Below, piece by piece: positions 44,145 to 54,294 of a stretch of 64,000 bases of DNA (position 1 is the stretch's first letter; each line of letters starts with the position of its first letter). This stretch comes from a virus. The position numbers were made by a program, and so were the translations under genes. Location of the stretch: positions 9,043 to 73,042 of IMG/VR virus record IMGVR_UViG_3300027710_001279; one strand, 5' to 3'. The notes below the pieces were generated by a model. That model was not told the DNA's origin, searched no databases, and saw nothing but the letters and a program-made list of their open reading frames with translations.

Positions 44145-44542
44145 GTTGGCTGTTCTAAGTTTAGAGAGTCTATCAATACCAGCTCAGTAGTCTCTTTTTC
44201 CATTCCGCCAAATATTCTTTCATGTTGTTCTTGATCGATGTTTATATTGTTAGCATCAAAAACAAATCCATATTGGGTTAATGTTTGGAATTTATCATAT
44301 AGATTCTTTAATAAAAGAAAATTATAGCTAGGATTAATCATTACAAAAATAACCACGCGATACAACACAAGATCTAAATGTGTTGTCCAACCATAGATTT
44401 TTCCTTGGTAGTTATCTGGAAATAAATTTAGTATATTAAAATCTGGATCATATTGTTTCATGACAGACGTAAAGTTGTCAGTATCATCGACATCAATTAC
44501 CGGAAGCTGTGCATATAATTCAATAACGGAGTATGGTTTCAT
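44135..44542 (-). CDS. Hypothetical protein (tandem paralog 3)
   Basis: MKQYDPDFN...KIYGW shared with neighbours. Confidence 0.55.
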   Translation of the reverse strand: MKPYSVIELYAQLPVIDVDDTDNFTSVMKQYDPDFNILNLFPDNYQGKIYGWTTHLDLVLYRVVIFVMINPSYNFLLLKNLYDKFQTLTQYGFVFDANNINIDQEQHERIFGGMEKETTELVLIDSLNLEQPTHL

Positions 44543-44544
44543 AA

Positions 44545-44919
44545 TTAATCAAATAAATTTCTTATTTTAGAAAACTGGCGAACATGCAAAGTATCATGGG
44601 TTGAAAATTTATCTAAAATTTGTTCCCGAGTTAACAATATTTTTTCTACGGTAATTGCAGGAGTTAAACCAGTAACTGCGCTTAAAAATTCTGATAATAT
44701 AAAATCTACAGAAGACGACTCTACAAAATAATAGTTTACCTTTGTTGATAACCCTTCAGTTGTTCTTATCCAGGCATATAAAATTTCTGCAAAATGTAAC
44801 GGTGTAATAAATTCACCAAAATTAAAATTAGGATTTAACTGTTTCATAGCTTCGTGATAAGACATACTCGAATGACTTTCGGGTAGTGTGCAGGTAGTTC
44901 TGATAACTGAAAAGTCCAT
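44545..44919 (-). CDS. Hypothetical protein (tandem paralog 2)
   Basis: MSYHEAMKQLNPNFN...ILYAWIR...VNYYFVE. Confidence 0.55.
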   Translation of the reverse strand: MDFSVIRTTCTLPESHSSMSYHEAMKQLNPNFNFGEFITPLHFAEILYAWIRTTEGLSTKVNYYFVESSSVDFILSEFLSAVTGLTPAITVEKILLTREQILDKFSTHDTLHVRQFSKIRNLFD

Positions 44920-44931
44920 TTTAATTCCTTA

Positions 44932-45318
44932 TCAGGTATTTATCAAATTTTCAAATCTCTCAGGGCTTAGAATTTGCACCTCGTGATTTCCTTGACTAAT
45001 AATATCCAACAGCTCTTGACCGGTAAAATTAAGATTATCAACTACAGTAAAAGGCATTTCTGTATGTTTAAAGACTGATAAATGTTTAACAATGTGATCT
45101 CTTACTTCTATAAAATCGTCATCTTCAACAAAATAGTAGCTTTCTACAAAAAAATGTTCACTAATATTCCTAATTAATCCGTGTATTTTATTATGTGCTA
45201 TAAGATATCCAAATGTTTCTACAAATCCCCAATCTGGGACTACTGCGTTAACCGCTTCAGTATATGCCATTTTACGATACCGTTCCGGAATAGTAGTCGT
45301 GAATTTTAATACTTTCAT
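44932..45318 (-). CDS. Hypothetical protein (tandem paralog 1)
   Basis: MAYTEAVNAVVPDWG...KIHGLIR...ESYYFVE. Confidence 0.55.
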   Translation of the reverse strand: MKVLKFTTTIPERYRKMAYTEAVNAVVPDWGFVETFGYLIAHNKIHGLIRNISEHFFVESYYFVEDDDFIEVRDHIVKHLSVFKHTEMPFTVVDNLNFTGQELLDIISQGNHEVQILSPERFENLINT

Positions 45319-46178
45319 GCCTTCAACCTATTTTTGGAATCGCCGTCTTTGTAAATATTAATTATAAATCCAGCTGGATCAAATTCCCACCATTTTCCAC
45401 TAGCACCTGTACCAAAATGGCTTGCGCCAGGGCGGCCGTGGTGATTATTATGCCAGCACTCGCCTAGCACCAACGGAAATAAAATAGGAACATTTAAACT
45501 CTTATCATTAGTCTTAAAATTTTGATACCCTAAGCCTTTCATATGAAATAAGCTATTGGTAATATTATATGTAATTAATGTAATCATTGCAGGCATCATA
45601 CTAAAAAATAAGAATAACTTTGGGCTAATTAAAAATAACACAAAATTAAATGCTAGATAAAGTTTCACATAGTGTGTATGCACAAATACTATTTCTTTGT
45701 CTCTAATTAAATCAATGGCATATTTAGGATTAATTTTTTCGCCGTCGAGTTTATACATCCACAATATAAAACTATGCCAGAAACCGTGAATAGGACTATG
45801 CGGATCATTAGGAGTATCAGGATGTCTGTGATGGTATCCTCGATGCACAGCAGTCCATAAAATAGGACTTCCCTGGCCTGCCATAGCACCTGTCCATAGT
45901 AATAATCGATGTTTCCATTTTGATTCTAACACAAAACTCTTATGACAGAAATATCTATGATAGCCGGCTGTAATTCCTAATACATTAAAAATAAAATATC
46001 CTGTTAAGAAATAAAACAAATTTGCTAATTCAAAATTAGCAAAAAATGAATATGTAGCATAGATACCTATTAAAATCATAGGAGTGATAGCCCCTAGCAA
46101 AACTGGTACTTCTAATAAATTTTTCCAAATAGGTCTAAACATTTTGTATTCTCGTGCCTGTTCTAACAATGTAATCAT
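45315..46178 (-). CDS. Membrane fatty-acid desaturase
   Basis: HRYFCH, HRGYHH, DPHSP, GECWHNNHH, WWEFD. Confidence 0.9.
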   Translation of the reverse strand: MITLLEQAREYKMFRPIWKNLLEVPVLLGAITPMILIGIYATYSFFANFELANLFYFLTGYFIFNVLGITAGYHRYFCHKSFVLESKWKHRLLLWTGAMAGQGSPILWTAVHRGYHHRHPDTPNDPHSPIHGFWHSFILWMYKLDGEKINPKYAIDLIRDKEIVFVHTHYVKLYLAFNFVLFLISPKLFLFFSMMPAMITLITYNITNSLFHMKGLGYQNFKTNDKSLNVPILFPLVLGECWHNNHHGRPGASHFGTGASGKWWEFDPAGFIINIYKDGDSKNRLKA

Positions 46179-46746
46179 CCTGTAATGGTCTTCTACCCAT
46201 CATTCCCCACACCCAGTCTACCTCAGGTTTTGTTCCTGCAGGAATTGTAACTGTAGTTTCATATGTATAACTGTTATTTATTTCAGGTATCATACGTTGA
46301 TAAAACGCATCAAACTTGCTCCAGCGACCTGGTTTAATTAGACTATGCCATGCCCTAAGGCCACGTAATTCGCATTCTCTAAACATAAATTCCCATAAAG
46401 GTTTCATATATCGTCTTAGAGCATTTTTGCTAGGATCAGATTTAAGATAAACAATGACCCAATCTTTGTTGTATGGAGAAGGTAAATCGCATCTCCATCC
46501 TACCATAGCCATCATTGTGTCATTTTCAAATAGACCATACAGGTAGTGATAGTCATCTCCGTTAAGATAGTATCTCTTCATCCCTAATATCCAAATTTTC
46601 CAAAACTCGTCTATTTGTTCTAAAGATTCATCAACATGGCTGTTCGGCCTTTGCTTTGCTCTTTCTGCTTCAGCAAGATGACATTTCCAAAACAATTTTT
46701 CTATTTGGTCTAGGTGTGATAAATCTAGTCTAATGATTTCGGCCAT
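46135..46746 (-). CDS. Hypothetical protein, GNAT-like
   Basis: IIRLDLSHL start; LYGLFENDTMMAMVG. Confidence 0.45.
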   Translation of the reverse strand: MAEIIRLDLSHLDQIEKLFWKCHLAEAERAKQRPNSHVDESLEQIDEFWKIWILGMKRYYLNGDDYHYLYGLFENDTMMAMVGWRCDLPSPYNKDWVIVYLKSDPSKNALRRYMKPLWEFMFRECELRGLRAWHSLIKPGRWSKFDAFYQRMIPEINNSYTYETTVTIPAGTKPEVDWVWGMMGRRPLQDDYIVRTGTRIQNV

Positions 46747-47270
46747 TCTTTAAATACCTCAGATTCGCCTGTAAATAAAATATCTTGACATGCTACTTTT
46801 GGATCACCTTGGCTAACACAAATTAGTTCTTCAAGCAAGATAAATTTAAGCTCACCAGTATTTAAATAATTTCTAACATTGATCAGAGTATTCCTGGAAT
46901 TGTGCTCTCGAGAAATAAAAATTGTTTTGGGATTTAAATTTTTATTAAGCCAATGTATTTGGCTTTCTACCATTTCTTTAAATAGTGGGTCTATTTCTTT
47001 AGATATGTGATCTTGCCTATTTAATTTCCATGTACGGTTGAGTATTCTATAACAATCTTTAGGCCAACTTGTTCGTCTAAAAATTGTGCTAAAAAGATAG
47101 GGTTTGTTATTTTTATAACCTATTGAAAAGGCTGTTTGATCTTGATAGTTAAAATTCTCAACTTTATAATTTTCTATTATCTTTCCAGAATACATACCAA
47201 TTAATTTTTTTCTAGATATATCGAATAACGATAAGAGGTCTGTATCAGTATGATCAAATGTAACAATCAT
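46725..47270 (-). CDS. Hypothetical protein
   Basis: YRILNR...IFISRE. Confidence 0.5.
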   Translation of the reverse strand: MIVTFDHTDTDLLSLFDISRKKLIGMYSGKIIENYKVENFNYQDQTAFSIGYKNNKPYLFSTIFRRTSWPKDCYRILNRTWKLNRQDHISKEIDPLFKEMVESQIHWLNKNLNPKTIFISREHNSRNTLINVRNYLNTGELKFILLEELICVSQGDPKVACQDILFTGESEVFKEWPKSLD

Positions 47271-47878
47271 GGTTCTATTAAGTTTTGAGCAGAGAGCCTC
47301 TCAAACATTTCTTCTTTAGAAATAGGGCGAACCGCTGATTTGCCAGTGTCTGCTAAGATAATGGTTTTAAATATTCTCACACTTATACAAAATCGCCAAT
47401 TATTGCTTTTGCTCATCATCCTATGGGGTCCATCAATATTAACAAAACAAGGTTTAGAAAGTTCAACAGACTCTACTAATTCAACCTCTTCTTCAGTCCA
47501 GGTCACACCCCCTCGGGTATTAAATGTTTGATACCATACTCCTTCTTTTTTAGACTTAAACCATTGCATATAGGTATCTTTCCAATTAATAAACCAGTTT
47601 AATCCCCAGGTGTCTTGTAATGGTAAAACTCCGTCTAAGTGTATTGGTCCACTGCTATGAGGCCTGAGTTTAAACCAATTTGCTCTAATAACTTCATTTT
47701 TACCTAAAAGGTGGTTGTCAGTAAAAAAAGAATTAAAGTAAGGAGGTATCTCAATATCATTTAATTGTCGAAACGGATGTTTGTATTCTTTAACAGCATT
47801 GTAGCTTACATCAAAGAATGAGCTAGGCAATCCTTCAAAATTGTAAGGGTCAGTTTTTAAATAATAAAAGTTTTTCAT
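47267..47878 (-). CDS. Putative HxD...H oxygenase
   Basis: IHLDG, WGLNW, GPHR, RFCISVR. Confidence 0.62.
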   Translation of the reverse strand: MKNFYYLKTDPYNFEGLPSSFFDVSYNAVKEYKHPFRQLNDIEIPPYFNSFFTDNHLLGKNEVIRANWFKLRPHSSGPIHLDGVLPLQDTWGLNWFINWKDTYMQWFKSKKEGVWYQTFNTRGGVTWTEEEVELVESVELSKPCFVNIDGPHRMMSKSNNWRFCISVRIFKTIILADTGKSAVRPISKEEMFERLSAQNLIEP

Positions 47879-48417
47879 TCGATGATATATTCTTTAAAAG
47901 TTTTTAATGCAACATCCCAATTAGTAGGGACAACTGGTCTCACAGTTAAACACCATCTATCAGAGTCTGAAAAGTTTTCTACTCTATGCGGAACTCCTGT
48001 TTTAATAATTACAGGTTTAGTTATTTTAACAGACTCTAATAATGTTACATCATCGTCATCCCAAAACAAGTAAGGAGTTTTAGCATTAGTCTTTTTAAAA
48101 TTTTCTAATTTAAGTTTAGGACTATTTGGTTTCCACCAACTCATTAAATGATCATTCCCCCATACCCAATTCACGCCCCATTGCTGATGAGTTAAGAATC
48201 CGTCAACATGAATAGAACATTTATTATGAGGGGGCGTTCTAAATATCATTGCTTTAATGTTTAAACCTAAATCGTTAAAAAATTTTATTAAATCAGGATT
48301 TAAAGATTTTTCAACATCAATTTTAAGAGTTATATGAGAATTTCCAGTATCTTTAGGAAACTGAAAATCACTTCTTAAGGGAGAAACTGATAAGTTGAGC
48401 TCTTTGTAATTATACAT
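47875..48417 (-). CDS. Putative HxD...H oxygenase
   Basis: IHVDG, WGVNW, VPHRVEN, RWCLTVR. Confidence 0.65.
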   Translation of the reverse strand: MYNYKELNLSVSPLRSDFQFPKDTGNSHITLKIDVEKSLNPDLIKFFNDLGLNIKAMIFRTPPHNKCSIHVDGFLTHQQWGVNWVWGNDHLMSWWKPNSPKLKLENFKKTNAKTPYLFWDDDDVTLLESVKITKPVIIKTGVPHRVENFSDSDRWCLTVRPVVPTNWDVALKTFKEYIIE

Positions 48418-48418
48418 A

Positions 48419-49129
48419 TTAATAAACAGGTTGATCAATGCCTAGCTGTTTTCTAAACTCGTCAGTAAAAATACCATCAACCCTTAAGGTATATTGTAAT
48501 TTGTTAGCTCTATCAACACCGTGTACATCAAGATCATTAAAAAATGCTGAACTAGAGTTAACTGGTATTTTTAATGCTGCGCTTTCATCATAGATATAAA
48601 ATCGTTTTTCCTTAGTAGGATTAAACCATATAAACTCGTTAGAATGTTCTTTGTATTCAAAGTTGTCTCTGTGTGGATACATGTCACAGTCGTTTTCTGT
48701 TAACCAAAATAATACTCTTCCAATTTCTTTAAAAGGTAATTTTTCTAGCCAGAGTTGAAGTCCTGGGAAAAAGTTGCTGTTGTCATGCCATTTGGTCTTA
48801 CTAGCATACTTTTTATTTTCAAAAGCGTTCCAAGAGTTATCAACCATATCTCTTATATAAACTACACTACTTCCACAATACCATCCAGTTTTTAATTTAA
48901 GATACAGTGGGCCTGCTTCCCTAGGTAAGGAGATAAACTTTTTAAATATTTCATTCTTTTCCTGGGGATCTAAGTATCTATCTAGGTGATTCTTTGCAGA
49001 TGGCAAAACTGCTGTTAGTATTTTACTCTGAGCAATACCTGCACAAATTTCGTCGTGCAGATCTTCTAGACCAGCAATGTCTAGATAAGAATCGCAGTTA
49101 ATATAAGGACTATTAACTATTCCTTTCAT
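48419..49129 (-). CDS. Putative HxD...H oxygenase
   Basis: PHRDN, FFNDLDVHG, YTLRVDG. Confidence 0.62.
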   Translation of the reverse strand: MKGIVNSPYINCDSYLDIAGLEDLHDEICAGIAQSKILTAVLPSAKNHLDRYLDPQEKNEIFKKFISLPREAGPLYLKLKTGWYCGSSVVYIRDMVDNSWNAFENKKYASKTKWHDNSNFFPGLQLWLEKLPFKEIGRVLFWLTENDCDMYPHRDNFEYKEHSNEFIWFNPTKEKRFYIYDESAALKIPVNSSSAFFNDLDVHGVDRANKLQYTLRVDGIFTDEFRKQLGIDQPVY

Positions 49130-49994
49130 AATTCCAATTCCAAGTGTATCCGTCTACTAGACCTAATTCTTCTTGAAGCTCATCAGTAAACGTGCCGTCA
49201 ATACGTAGTGTATATCTAAAATTAGGCTCAGGATCTACTCCGTGGTAGTCTCTGTTGTTAAAGAAATAACTTCTTGCGCCCTGTTCTAGATAAACTTTTT
49301 CTTTGGTAATTTCGTCATAGACAAAGCTAGGGCGCCAGCCTGGAGTAAAGAAAAGATTGATGTTGTGATCTTTGTGTTCTGCTACTACTCCATCTCGATG
49401 CACAATAACACCAGCATTAGGATATGTAGTAAAAAATAAAATTCTACCAATGCTCTTAAAAGGGAGAGCATTGATGTATTCGATTAATTTAGGAAACAGT
49501 TTTGCATCTTCTGTCCAGAGAGACTTTTGGTCTGTAGCTTTGTCAAAGAACCCAGCTTCTTTAATGTAAACTGTAAAGAACCAAGGAATCAAAGATCCGG
49601 CTGAAAAGTAAAAATACTTATAAACTGATTTGAATCGATCTTCGGGTTTTGAAGTTTCTAATATTTGTTTAATAGACTCTTTGTGGAAACCGTCCGGATC
49701 ATATTTTTCTAGCTCTCGCAACATTTCACTCCACCCATCTTTCATTCCGTATTTTTCTCTTATCTCAGGAGGATGTCCTCCAGTAGCAGTTCCCATTCTG
49801 TAATTCTTAGTCTTGGCAATCCCTATCGATATTTCTCTATGAAGTTCTAAATCCATAGAATGATCTAAGTATTTGTCCATGTTAAGCATAGGATGCCGAT
49901 CTTTGCCAACACCTTTGATACCATGTTCTTGGTGGTGAAAAGTTTGCCAGTTTCTCCCCTGGTGTGGGAAATACACATATTCTTGATCTTTCAT
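49113..49994 (-). CDS. Putative HxD...H oxygenase
   Basis: VHRDG, FFNNRDYHG, YTLRIDG; paralog of 48419..49129. Confidence 0.62.
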   Translation of the reverse strand: MKDQEYVYFPHQGRNWQTFHHQEHGIKGVGKDRHPMLNMDKYLDHSMDLELHREISIGIAKTKNYRMGTATGGHPPEIREKYGMKDGWSEMLRELEKYDPDGFHKESIKQILETSKPEDRFKSVYKYFYFSAGSLIPWFFTVYIKEAGFFDKATDQKSLWTEDAKLFPKLIEYINALPFKSIGRILFFTTYPNAGVIVHRDGVVAEHKDHNINLFFTPGWRPSFVYDEITKEKVYLEQGARSYFFNNRDYHGVDPEPNFRYTLRIDGTFTDELQEELGLVDGYTWNWNYERNS

Positions 49995-50003
49995 TGTTAA
50001 CCT

Positions 50004-50918
50004 TTATTCAGCTTTTAAAATTTCTAGCCCGGAAAATACATCACCGTCAATCAGCATTTGAAACGGATGTTTACCCCAAAATTCATTTGATACCCAGCAT
50101 TGATTATTTTCATCATAATCAAACCAAGGACTAAATCCCAGAACAAAATGTACCCTGTCAATTGGGGCAGGGTTAGTTAATAACACCCTATGAGCAATAT
50201 TGGTATCCCAAGTATATACTTTGCCTAATTCTAGGTGGTAAACATCATTACCTTCCATTTCAAACATATATTCTGGAGATGTTGTAATAGGGATGTTAAT
50301 TCTAATATTTTGACAAATAATTTCGTCCCTGTGCCAATTTAATTCTGCTAAACTTGAATCAGGAACATGATTTTTTAAAACGCCCAATCTACTACGAATC
50401 ATAGTTCTCTTTACTTTACTATCTAAAAACTCTTTTATATATCCGTAATTTGCCAATGTAGTTCTTTTTGTAAATCCATATGAGTCAAAATACGTGTCTT
50501 TTAACTGATTGTAATTTGATGTTTGATTCCAAAAGAATTGATCTCTTGCATTTTTAGGAGCTCCTAAAGTACTCTCATCTGGATCTATGCCATCCTTATG
50601 TCTAGGATTGCAAACAAAACTTAACCCTCCGTAGATTTCACTAGGTCCTTTTACACTGTTCCATCCTCTAAATTTTAATTGGTCTAATACTTCGAGAGTA
50701 TCTTTTCTAAGACGAACAAAATCAGTATCGTGCAATTTCATTTCAACCTTGCGCCACTTAACCTGATTTTTTATTTCTTCCCATTTTTGATAGGATCCAG
50801 TTTTACGAAAAATATATTTTTCGGTTTGGATATCCTCTGGAATTTCGTCTCGGTGTATTGTAAATTTAGGCATATCGATATTTATTTGCCTATACCACGG
50901 CCTCATAAATATTGACAT
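50004..50918 (-). CDS. Asp/Asn beta-hydroxylase-like oxygenase
   Basis: WHRDE, RINIPITT, WDTNIAHRV, RVHFVLG. Confidence 0.7.
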   Translation of the reverse strand: MSIFMRPWYRQINIDMPKFTIHRDEIPEDIQTEKYIFRKTGSYQKWEEIKNQVKWRKVEMKLHDTDFVRLRKDTLEVLDQLKFRGWNSVKGPSEIYGGLSFVCNPRHKDGIDPDESTLGAPKNARDQFFWNQTSNYNQLKDTYFDSYGFTKRTTLANYGYIKEFLDSKVKRTMIRSRLGVLKNHVPDSSLAELNWHRDEIICQNIRINIPITTSPEYMFEMEGNDVYHLELGKVYTWDTNIAHRVLLTNPAPIDRVHFVLGFSPWFDYDENNQCWVSNEFWGKHPFQMLIDGDVFSGLEILKAE

Positions 50919-51618
50919 GGCCTACCCTATATTCAACGAACCCACACACATGCTCTTTAATCAATCAGTCGATGCAGACTGGGCATTAAAAGAATGCCGA
51001 TGGATTATTGATAATCTTACTCCCAGTGACTACGCAAACGCTAGTGGCAAGTTTTTTAAAAATTACGTACAATGGTCATTCCATAAAACCAGCGAACAAC
51101 CTTTGATTAAAAAATTTACTGAGATATTAGAAAATAGCAAAGAAGATTTCCGTAAGGTATATAATAGAAATTTAGATTTTGAATTTGTCTATCTTGCCTA
51201 TGTTAAGGATATTGCAGAAGAATGTTCAATTTGGCATAGAGATTACTTTTTAATCAACGGTCAAGCACATTTAAGTGTGTTAGGGAACGGAGACCTGTTA
51301 TGTTACGACTATGAAAATAATCTACACAACATTAAAGTTCCAAATGGAACTTGCTGGTTTGTTAACGGTAGTAACTTTAATCATAAGATCAATACAGGTG
51401 TAGGCGAAAGATTTGAAATATGTGCTCCTATAAGTCCCCGCAAAGAAATTGTAGAGCCAAGGATGTTAGGAGTTAACCCTAACGATCCTTTGAAATTAGT
51501 AAACAGCAGTATACCTGCCTATGTAGAAGGACAGCGTAGATTAAAAGAACAAACGTTGGCTAATGTAAAAAAGGGGAAGGATACCCACGGCGGAGTTGTT
51601 GCAGACTTTAGCACATAA
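50917..51618 (+). CDS. Putative HxD...H oxygenase
   Basis: WHRDY, WFVNGSNFNHKI, ERF. Confidence 0.55.
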   Translation: MAYPIFNEPTHMLFNQSVDADWALKECRWIIDNLTPSDYANASGKFFKNYVQWSFHKTSEQPLIKKFTEILENSKEDFRKVYNRNLDFEFVYLAYVKDIAEECSIWHRDYFLINGQAHLSVLGNGDLLCYDYENNLHNIKVPNGTCWFVNGSNFNHKINTGVGERFEICAPISPRKEIVEPRMLGVNPNDPLKLVNSSIPAYVEGQRRLKEQTLANVKKGKDTHGGVVADFST

Positions 51619-51619
51619 T

Positions 51620-52186
51620 ATGCTGTATAAAAAAATTCCGTTAACCTACGAATCTGATCAGATTGCAGAGTATTATATGACACATATATCAAATACAATG
51701 TTTAGCGTAGGAGAACTTTCAGATATTGAAAGATTTAATCATAGAGGATCTGCAACTTTAGGAAGGAATTTTTTTAAAAAATTTCCTATATTAGAATCAA
51801 ATCTCGATAAGATGTTTGGTAAAGATAATTACATAGGAAGATTTTTTGCAACTAGGCCAAATAGTAAAGGGTTTGTGCATATCGACATGGCACATAGTGA
51901 GCTTAATCCTAGATACTGGTCTTTAAACTTTCCTGTGTTTAACTGTCAACACAACTACCATGAATGGTTTTCTACCAATTCTGAGCCGGACCTTATTTCT
52001 AAAGAATTTAATTCTTGGTTTTGGACTACTGATAACAATGTAAAATTAGTTGATAAACTAGAATTAAGTGAACCATATATTTTAAGTGTATCGGTTCCGC
52101 ATAGAATAAACAACCCAACTAACGAAGTGCGTGTAGTATTTGCTGTTAGAACCGTAAACAATGAAGAAACATTTGAGTTCTTATGA
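51620..52186 (+). CDS. Putative HxD...H oxygenase
   Basis: VHID, WSLNFP, VPHRINN, RVVFAVR. Confidence 0.65.
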   Translation: MLYKKIPLTYESDQIAEYYMTHISNTMFSVGELSDIERFNHRGSATLGRNFFKKFPILESNLDKMFGKDNYIGRFFATRPNSKGFVHIDMAHSELNPRYWSLNFPVFNCQHNYHEWFSTNSEPDLISKEFNSWFWTTDNNVKLVDKLELSEPYILSVSVPHRINNPTNEVRVVFAVRTVNNEETFEFL

Positions 52187-52983
52187 ATGAAAAAACATTA
52201 GTCACTGAATCTAGAAAACGAGAATCTCTAAGACGATGGGGAAGCTCGGAGTTTAATCAACTGGAACAAAAGTATGGAAAATATTTGTTTGTTCCGTTAG
52301 ACGTTCCTTTGATAAAATCTAATAAACACAACGAGTTAGTCACATTCTATTACCAACATGCTAAGTTAGCTGAACGTATAAAAGAAGACATTGCAGGATC
52401 AATGGATGATACTTATAGAGCTAAGTTTCTTTCTTTAAATAGTTCAGATACAGAAGCAGCTGATGTATGGACAAAAACTTATAAGCCAGAATTCGAAAAC
52501 ACTTTTAAAGATCTATTTGATCAAATTTACGAATACCTTCCCATACAAAAGGATACAAAAATCAGTTATACAATTTGGTCAACTCAGAGTCCTGTAGTAA
52601 TGCATCGAGATCACACATCATTGCTTGATCTTCCTTTAAATTTTAGAATTAAGTTATATGACAATAATCCGTCCGAAACTTTATTAATTAAAAATTGTTT
52701 AACAGACGGAGTTTATCAATACCAAAAAAATTGCTCACCTATACTTTTGCCTGAAGAAACAAACACCTGGACATGGAACAATGCCAGGATAGTTCACGGT
52801 AGTACGTATGATCCTTGTTATAAAAAAATGCTAATGATATTAGAGGATTTAAAAATAGACTGGATTAAGTATGAAACATTACTAGAAAAAAGTTTAATAA
52901 AATATAAAGACCACGTATTAGTCGATAATACATATCAACACTATGATTATTTTAACAAGGAATACTATGAACAACAACGTTAA
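52183..52983 (+). CDS. Putative HxD...H oxygenase
   Basis: MHRDH, WTWNNARIVHGS. Confidence 0.6.
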   Translation: MNEKTLVTESRKRESLRRWGSSEFNQLEQKYGKYLFVPLDVPLIKSNKHNELVTFYYQHAKLAERIKEDIAGSMDDTYRAKFLSLNSSDTEAADVWTKTYKPEFENTFKDLFDQIYEYLPIQKDTKISYTIWSTQSPVVMHRDHTSLLDLPLNFRIKLYDNNPSETLLIKNCLTDGVYQYQKNCSPILLPEETNTWTWNNARIVHGSTYDPCYKKMLMILEDLKIDWIKYETLLEKSLIKYKDHVLVDNTYQHYDYFNKEYYEQQR

Positions 52984-53215
52984 ACAACTAGCCGATCAAG
53001 CAATGGCAAGCACTCAATGGTCTGTGGTTAATAATCTAAGTACAGAATTAGCGAATAGAGAAGTAGAATTGGATATATTTGCTAAATTACTATTAGATGA
53101 TTACATGGACTTGTGTGAAAAAATAGCTCTTGAACAAAATAAAAGATTTGCGCCAGTAATCCATTCATTTATAAAATCATTTAAAGACTCCATTAAACAA
53201 AGATACACAGAGTAG
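52967..53215 (+). CDS. Hypothetical protein
   Basis: AAGGA SD before ATG 52967. Confidence 0.55.
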   Translation: MNNNVKQLADQAMASTQWSVVNNLSTELANREVELDIFAKLLLDDYMDLCEKIALEQNKRFAPVIHSFIKSFKDSIKQRYTE

Positions 53216-53290
53216 GCATTTACTAATCCATTAAAGTAGTATATAATAGAGGCGTAAAAGTGATAATTACTAGTATACTCTGGATGGAAA

Positions 53291-54025
53291 ATGGCTACTT
53301 CAACAGAAAACTTTGACTGGTCGGTATTAAATCGAAACAGCATAATCACGCTGATGCATACCCTGGCACCTGAAATAGTAAAACAACCACTTACTGTAGA
53401 AGAATTCCATAAAAAAGTAACTACATTACTAAAAAAATACTTGCCAGTTAGGGTGCGTAAAGCATTTAGTCCAAAAGTAGATCAGGGATTTGTGTATGTA
53501 GGCGGTTGCTATCACAGTGCATACGATGAAGATTATGTAAAATGCATTGAAGTATTATTCCAATACCGAGCCAATGAAAAAATAATAAACCTAACGTCTA
53601 AAAGATTTTCTAGTATGTGTACAACTATAGCAGACACCTTGCTACATGAAATTATCCACATGCGACAGTTTAGAAGAAGAAACTTCAAACAACTTCCAGA
53701 CTACGCCAGCAATGCAGAAAAAAGTGAAATTAGAGAAGAACAAGAGTATCTTGGTTGTTCAGATGAAATAGATGCCTATGGATTTAATATTGCCTGCGAA
53801 CTTATGGACAAGTTTGGTAAAAATAAAAACCAGATTGTTAACTATCTCAACGAAAACCAAAAGGGCAAGAAAAGACGTCATAACAGTTGGCGTATGTATC
53901 TTAAAGCATTTGAACACGACCACAATCATCCAATCCTACAGCGTGTCAAAAAGAAAGTGGTCCGATATCTTCCAGCAGCCGAAGCGGGCAAACCATATAG
54001 AAACAAAGATTGGATTAACTGGTAG
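53291..54025 (+). CDS. Zincin-like (HExxH) phage protein
   Basis: LLHEIIHMRQ...YLG..DEIDAY. Confidence 0.7.
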   Translation: MATSTENFDWSVLNRNSIITLMHTLAPEIVKQPLTVEEFHKKVTTLLKKYLPVRVRKAFSPKVDQGFVYVGGCYHSAYDEDYVKCIEVLFQYRANEKIINLTSKRFSSMCTTIADTLLHEIIHMRQFRRRNFKQLPDYASNAEKSEIREEQEYLGCSDEIDAYGFNIACELMDKFGKNKNQIVNYLNENQKGKKRRHNSWRMYLKAFEHDHNHPILQRVKKKVVRYLPAAEAGKPYRNKDWINW

Positions 54026-54054
54026 TTGACAACTGCCCAACATTCTGCTATACT
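54026..54054 (+). promoter_or_regulatory. sigma70 promoter (probably leaderless transcript)
   Basis: TTGACA-17-TATACT, 6 nt before ATG 54061. Confidence 0.7.
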
Positions 54055-54060
54055 AGTAGA

Positions 54061-54294
54061 ATGAACTACACCGTCCATCAAAGTCAAATTCGTACACTCA
54101 GGCAAGACGATCCTCGATTTATTATCAAGGACAAATTTGTTATAAGTCCTAGAGCAGGATTTGAATTTAGTCGAGACTGCCCTAGAGAACATAAACTAAT
54201 AATTATGGAAGCTATCAAAAACGAATGGCTGTTGCCTGTGGCAAATATTACAGAACGTGAACTAATTTTTATGGGACTCACAAATGAATCTTAA
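54061..54294 (+). CDS. Hypothetical phage protein
   Basis: ORF track. Confidence 0.6.
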   Translation: MNYTVHQSQIRTLRQDDPRFIIKDKFVISPRAGFEFSRDCPREHKLIIMEAIKNEWLLPVANITERELIFMGLTNES

